Shown here piece after piece: positions 59,201 through 64,000 of a DNA stretch of 64,000 nucleotides. The position numbers were made by a program, and so were the translations under genes. This stretch comes from an uncultured Akkermansia sp. (lineage in GTDB: Bacteria; Verrucomicrobiota; Verrucomicrobiia; Verrucomicrobiales; Akkermansiaceae), in assembly GCA_947632055.1 (NCBI GenBank), contig CANRNS010000001.1, forward strand, positions 2,047 through 66,046, given 5' to 3'. Position 1 is the stretch's first letter; every line of letters starts with the position of its first letter. The notes beneath the pieces are model-generated. The model saw only the letters and a program-made list of their open reading frames with translations. It searched no databases and was not told the origin of the DNA.

Positions 59201-60199
59201 TCAGGAGGCGATGCGTACGCGGATGCCTGCGCCTTGCTGCAGCGTACCCAGGACATGGGAACGGGGACCCACGTTCATCGCGCTGCCCACTTGGTCGGGG
59301 GCAACGATAGCGACCCATCCGATACCCATGTTGAAAGTATGGAAGCGGTCTTGCTCATCCACGTACTGCAGTATTTTTTGCACAGGCTCGTTTTGCCAGA
59401 AGGGGACGGTCAGTTCAGCTCCCTTGTCGCCCAGGAAACGCTCCAGATTCTCCGGCAAGCCTCCGCCGGTGATGTGAGCAAATGCCTTTGGAACGAGTTG
59501 GACGGCGCGCATCTGCTCCACCACATCGTTGTAGAGACGGGTGGGGGCCAGCGCCGTGCGCAATTCTTCACGGGTCAGCAAGTTGGGGTGCTGCGCGAGG
59601 ATGCGCCGCACAAGGCTCCATCCGTTGGCGTGGAATCCATCACTCTCGTACCCGATCAGCACGTCCCCCACCTGCACACGCGAGGGATCGATCATGCAAT
59701 CCTTTTCCACACAGCCGATGCAGAACCCGGCCAGCTCGACCAAATCCTCCGGCACCACGCCGGGCATCTCCGCGGTCTCCCCGCCGGCCAGAATACAGTT
59801 GCAACTCTCCAGATAATCGCACATGCCCGCTACGAGGCGCGTGATTCGCGGCGTTTCGCGCTTCAGGTTGGAGATTCCCAAATAATCGAGGAAAAGCAGG
59901 GGGTCGCCGCCCGTTGTCAATATGTCGTTCACATTCATCGCCACGAGGTCCTTGCCTGCCGTTTCAAGCATATCTTGCTCGTAGAGCAGCTCGGTTTTGG
60001 TGCCTACGCCGTCTGTCCCCGTCACGATGACCGGTTGTTTGTAGCTGCTCAAATCGTAGGCGGCGGCAAAAAGTCCGAAAGCATTGAAGAGGCTGCGGTT
60101 TTTCTGCGTGCGCTTGACATGGGAGCTGATGTTGTGGACAAATGATTGAGCTTCAATCGTATCAACTCCAGATTGCTTGTAGGTGAGTTTCGAGGACAT
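59201..60199 (-). CDS. purM: Phosphoribosylformylglycinamidine cyclo-ligase
   Basis: YKQSGVD, DGVGTK, GGETAEMPG, HITGGGL and TFNMGIG motifs; start MSSKL at 60199. Confidence 0.97.
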   Translation of the reverse strand: MSSKLTYKQSGVDTIEAQSFVHNISSHVKRTQKNRSLFNAFGLFAAAYDLSSYKQPVIVTGTDGVGTKTELLYEQDMLETAGKDLVAMNVNDILTTGGDPLLFLDYLGISNLKRETPRITRLVAGMCDYLESCNCILAGGETAEMPGVVPEDLVELAGFCIGCVEKDCMIDPSRVQVGDVLIGYESDGFHANGWSLVRRILAQHPNLLTREELRTALAPTRLYNDVVEQMRAVQLVPKAFAHITGGGLPENLERFLGDKGAELTVPFWQNEPVQKILQYVDEQDRFHTFNMGIGWVAIVAPDQVGSAMNVGPRSHVLGTLQQGAGIRVRIAS

Positions 60200-60232
60200 G
60201 GAGAGGAAAAAATACGCGGTGAATTCGCCCTC

Positions 60233-60261
60233 ATTATACTCTTTCAACGTGGGAAAAGCAA
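60233..60261 (-). promoter_or_regulatory. sigma70-like promoter of purM-purF
   Basis: TTGCTT-17-TATAAT. Confidence 0.65.
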
Positions 60262-60339
60262 GGCGGATTTTCACAAGTTCCTCTATTTGATGGAATGCGC
60301 GGCTCAAGATGCGCGACGCCCAATCCAAAGTTCTCGGTA

Positions 60340-61338
60340 TCAATGAGTCATCTCCTCCCTGCAACACGCGGGACAGAGCTCGGCAAAGTGCCCCGGCGCG
60401 ACCTCCGCGAAGGGGGGGCGTTGCGCACCTAGCGGAGCGCGGCGTCCCATGCGTTGGCAAAAACGGCAGCCCGTGGCGTATTCGTGGGGGGCAGGCACTT
60501 GGCCGGGAATGCCGGGCAGGGGTGATCGATGTGGCATATCCGGACGGATGGTGGCGGCCAGCAACGCGCGCGTGTAGGCGTGCCGCGGGTGGGTGAGCAG
60601 TTCCCCCGTCGGGGCGAATTCTACCACCCGACCGGCGTACATCACGTAGACGACATCGCAATTCTGCGCGATGATCCCCAGATGATGGGAAATGAGCAAG
60701 GTGGCCGCGCCGGACTCGTGCCGTAGTTCTCGCAGCAGGGCGAGCACCTGCTGCTGCACCGTGGTATCCAGGGCCGTAGTAGGTTCATCGGCTATGATGA
60801 GTTCGGGTCTGCAGGCCAGGGCAATGGCAATCATGACCCGTTGGCGCATGCCTCCGGAGAGTGAGTGCGGGTACTCTCGTGCGCGCAGCTCCGGAGCGGG
60901 TATTCGCACGGCCTCCAGCAATTCTCGAGCGCGTTGCAAGGCCTCTTCCTCACCCATGCCCAAGTGAAGCATGAGTGGCTCGGCAATCTGTTGTCCGATG
61001 CGCTGCACGGGATTGAGCGTTTGCAGAGCTTCCTGAAAAATCACGCCGATGTGAGCGCCGCGGATGCCGTTGAGCTGCCGCGTGGGCATGGCGAGTAAAT
61101 CCTGCCCGTGGAAGAGCGCCTGGCCGGCAAGAATGCGTCCGCTCGGGTGAGGCAGCAGGCGCACGGCGCTCATGGCAACGGCGCTTTTCCCGCACCCGCT
61201 CTCGCCTACAATGCCCGCGCACTCCCCGGGCGCGACACTCAAATTCACTCCATCCACCACCGGCAGCACTCCATGCTCACCGGCAAAGGCCGTGGTCAGC
61301 TGGCGTATTTCCAACAAGGGGGCGATGGACGTGTTCAT
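60340..61338 (-). CDS. Peptide ABC transporter ATP-binding protein (OppD/DppD-like)
   Basis: [25 protein letters not shown] motifs and the C-terminal GCRF...C domain. Confidence 0.95.
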   Translation of the reverse strand: MNTSIAPLLEIRQLTTAFAGEHGVLPVVDGVNLSVAPGECAGIVGESGCGKSAVAMSAVRLLPHPSGRILAGQALFHGQDLLAMPTRQLNGIRGAHIGVIFQEALQTLNPVQRIGQQIAEPLMLHLGMGEEEALQRARELLEAVRIPAPELRAREYPHSLSGGMRQRVMIAIALACRPELIIADEPTTALDTTVQQQVLALLRELRHESGAATLLISHHLGIIAQNCDVVYVMYAGRVVEFAPTGELLTHPRHAYTRALLAATIRPDMPHRSPLPGIPGQVPAPHEYATGCRFCQRMGRRAPLGAQRPPFAEVAPGHFAELCPACCREEMTH

Positions 61339-63539
61339 GATTTGTTGTTGGGCAGGGGTATCTGCAGCTCGGCTTCCGGGAATCGGCGACCCTTCGCGCG
61401 GGCGCGTTGCGTTTCTCGCATCAGTTTCGGGTCAATCCAGTACAGGTGGCTGTCCAAGGGATCGTAGTAGAGCGGCGGACAGAAGCGCGTCTCCTTCGTG
61501 TTCGGCCAGCATAGCCACCTCCATTGCGCAAAGCGCCAAAAGTGGGAGGACCAGCCCGGCACCCATGCGCAGGAATCGGCGATGAGCTGCTGCACGCGGT
61601 GCTGCGCGCGGATGGCTTCGGTCAAGGTGGGTGCGGAGCGGGCTTCGTAGATGGCGCGGTCGAGTTCGGGGGACGCCGTAGCGGTGATATTGTTTGTGCC
61701 GGGCAGAGCTTTGCCGTCCGCATCGTACGCGTATTGGGAGAGGAAATAGGGAGCGGCATCGGGTACGGGTGGACTGAATCCCCACGAGAAAATGCATGCG
61801 CTGTAGTTCTTGTTTTTTACCTTCAGGTAAAAGAGCGTGTCATCCATTTGCTCAAATTGCAGGTCCAGCCCGCAGCGTGCTGCATCCGTCTTCAGGAGGC
61901 TCATGGCCGCTGCATAGGTCGGATCCACGCGCGAACTCACCAGCGCCTGCAGCCGTTTGCCGTCCGCCCTGCGCAGAATACCATCTTTCCCCTCTGTTGT
62001 GTAGCCGGCAGCCGCAAAGCAGGCACGTGCTCGATCGGGGTCGTAGGGCAGAGCTTGCAGGTTCGGGTTGGTAAACTCACCGAATCCGGAGAAGTAGGTC
62101 CCTCCTCGCCGGTAGTCCCCGCGAAAAAGGGTGTCAATCACCGCTTGCACATTCAGCGCATAGTGAAAACCGCGGCGCACGTCCGGATTGTTAAATGGCG
62201 GGGCGGAGCAATTCAAGTGAAAGCCAAAGCTGTTGCGTGGCCACTCATTTTGAAAGACAACACGGCGGATGTAACCGGCATGCACTTGTGGAATCTCCAG
62301 TCCTTCGTACCAGAAGTCGGCATCGCGCCCGGAGATGGCATCCAACTCGCCGATGCGGAACATCTCGCGGATTTTGGCAGCCTCGTTGATAAAGGTGTAG
62401 GAAATGTGATCCACATTGCAGGTGTGGCGCGTATAGCGGCGGTTTGCCGCCCACCAGTTTTTCACGCGCGTGAGCGTCAGTTGATTGCCCATCACTGTCC
62501 GCTTGGCATCGACCTCGTACCCGCCGGTTGTCGGCGCCGCGCGCCACAGGTATCGCTCCGGGAAATCGGGTCCGAACTCCGCGTAGAAGCGCGTGCAGGC
62601 GCTCGGCAGCTTGCCGGCATCGTAGGCGGCGTAGGGGCGGGGCGTTGGCAAGGTGATGCCCATGATGTGGTCGCTGTAGATCGCAATGCGAGCGAAGTTG
62701 GAGAGGTAGTAGTCAGGGAAAAAGGGATCGGCGCTGTGGGGAGATGTCCTCAGGAAGAGCGAGGCCACAAAGTCGCGCGCGGTGAGCGCATCGCCATTGG
62801 AAAAACGCGCTGCCGGGTCAATGTGGAAGTAGATTGTGCGTCCATCCGGTGAGGTTGCCCAACGATCCGCCGTGCCGGGTATGAGCTTGCGCGTGCCGGG
62901 GTGCAGGCGCACCAGGGGCAGGTCGATATCATCGTACAGGTAGCGGCGGGTGGAGTTGTTGCTGTTCGGCCCGAAAACGCGCAGCGTGTTGGGGAAAGAT
63001 CGCTGAAGGGCCAGGCGCAGCGTTCCCCCTTTGATGGCGGCGGGGTCGCCGAGTTCAGGCTCAGTCAGGCCGTTTTCCCATTGCAGATTGGCGGGCAAAT
63101 CTTTTTTCGTCAGGAAGACGAGGCAGTTGCCGATTTGGCGCCGCTCGCGCAGCTGTTGCGCCTCGAGGATGAGCAAGTCGAGTCGCGCCTGCGTTGCGTC
63201 CCGGTCGGTGGCATTTTCTTTCAGGCGTTGCTGCAGGTTCAGAATCTGGGCATCGGCGCGTGCAATGCGCAAATCCAGATAGTTCCGCACCCGTTCGTTC
63301 CACCGCTTCACGAAACCGGAAAAGCCGGGTGGCATACGCCAGCGGCGGACATAGCCTGGTACATTGGCCTCATCGACAAACCCCAATGGAAGCTTTTCGG
63401 GCGCAGGGGGCTTCCATCCCAGCCCCGTGCGCGTGCTTTCGTCCCCACAGCTCGTGAGCCAGATCCCCCCCGCTGCTATGAGCGTCAGTCCGCCCAGGAA
63501 GCGAAGGAGGTAACCCCATGTGTGGGAAGATTCATTCAT
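61335..63539 (-). CDS. Peptide ABC transporter substrate-binding lipoprotein (YejA-like)
   Basis: WLTSC lipobox, AIKGGTLR, ARFSNG, TTGGY and DVRRGFHYALN motifs; start MNESS at 63539. Confidence 0.85.
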   Translation of the reverse strand: MNESSHTWGYLLRFLGGLTLIAAGGIWLTSCGDESTRTGLGWKPPAPEKLPLGFVDEANVPGYVRRWRMPPGFSGFVKRWNERVRNYLDLRIARADAQILNLQQRLKENATDRDATQARLDLLILEAQQLRERRQIGNCLVFLTKKDLPANLQWENGLTEPELGDPAAIKGGTLRLALQRSFPNTLRVFGPNSNNSTRRYLYDDIDLPLVRLHPGTRKLIPGTADRWATSPDGRTIYFHIDPAARFSNGDALTARDFVASLFLRTSPHSADPFFPDYYLSNFARIAIYSDHIMGITLPTPRPYAAYDAGKLPSACTRFYAEFGPDFPERYLWRAAPTTGGYEVDAKRTVMGNQLTLTRVKNWWAANRRYTRHTCNVDHISYTFINEAAKIREMFRIGELDAISGRDADFWYEGLEIPQVHAGYIRRVVFQNEWPRNSFGFHLNCSAPPFNNPDVRRGFHYALNVQAVIDTLFRGDYRRGGTYFSGFGEFTNPNLQALPYDPDRARACFAAAGYTTEGKDGILRRADGKRLQALVSSRVDPTYAAAMSLLKTDAARCGLDLQFEQMDDTLFYLKVKNKNYSACIFSWGFSPPVPDAAPYFLSQYAYDADGKALPGTNNITATASPELDRAIYEARSAPTLTEAIRAQHRVQQLIADSCAWVPGWSSHFWRFAQWRWLCWPNTKETRFCPPLYYDPLDSHLYWIDPKLMRETQRARAKGRRFPEAELQIPLPNNKS

Positions 63540-64000
63540 AGTGGGTGAGACGTTGTGGCGTGGTGGCTTCGCGTGCCGATTCGCCGATAAAAGTGATGAG
63601 CAGCAGCATGACGATAAGCGCTCCGGCGGCTGAAGAGGCCACCCAGGGAGAAGAGAGTCGAGCCAACCCATCGTTGAGCAGCCTCCCCCAGCTCGCGCAT
63701 GTGTCTGGCAGGCCGAATCCCAAGTAGTCCAGTGATGTGAGCGAGAGTACGACAAAGGCAAAACTGAAGGGGAGCAGCGTGATGACGATGCCCGTGAGGT
63801 TGGGCAGTATATGGCGCAGGATGATATGCGCCGTGCTCGCCCCCATGGCTCGAGCGGCGGCAACGTAGTCATGCGTTTTTTCGCGCATGGTCCCGGTCCG
63901 GATGAGATATGTTACCGGCATCCACCCCAATAGCGCCATCAGCAACAGGGTGGTCGGCAGCCCGCGCAGGCTCTGCGGCGCCATGTCGGTGATCGCCATG
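63532..64000 (-). CDS. Peptide ABC permease (partial, runs off the right edge)
   Basis: DYVAAARAMGA EAA loop, HILPN and LDYLGFGL...SWG motifs. Confidence 0.9.
   Translation of the reverse strand, partial: MAITDMAPQSLRGLPTTLLLMALLGWMPVTYLIRTGTMREKTHDYVAAARAMGASTAHIILRHILPNLTGIVITLLPFSFAFVVLSLTSLDYLGFGLPDTCASWGRLLNDGLARLSSPWVASSAAGALIVMLLLITFIGESAREATTPQRLTHYE

Noticed and set aside
1-64000. CRISPR array, tRNA/rRNA genes, intact IS, prophage or recombinase
   Set aside because: No repeat-spacer periodicity, cloverleaf or rRNA signatures, or transposase/integrase motifs were seen by eye.

Overview
Chromosomal segment that looks like an Akkermansia-type Verrucomicrobiota genome (inferred from the MKLHLP-type giant autotransporter, the secreted sulfatase and the gene order). 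From left to right it holds: an AT-rich minus-strand surface-polysaccharide operon (1-11026; GT2/GT4/GT61 plus FdtA/FdtB-type amino-dideoxyhexose genes); a secreted LamG/Ig/FG-GAP protein with an HExxH motif; a sulfatase; a LolA-like protein; gpmI; a decayed Panacea-type toxin-antitoxin pair; a ~4800-aa autotransporter; a PutA-like protein with eroded active sites; and housekeeping genes (rpoZ, smpB, tyrS, SNF2 ATPase, oppABC, sufE, argF, dapAB, folK, panB, ECF sigma, purF, purM, a second peptide ABC operon). The strongest unexplained signal is a family of related ATCTCTTT(T)-C/G-AAA(A)GAGAT inverted repeats upstream of both the polysaccharide operon and the autotransporter. At each locus the repeat lies inside a would-be sigma70 spacer, so inversion would join a -35 from inside the segment to a -10 outside it (a 'split-promoter' inverton). 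Both loci read as OFF in this assembly. A heptamer tandem repeat also frameshifts one sugar-modification gene, suggesting a second layer of phase variation. The inversion model is inferred from sequence and is untested.
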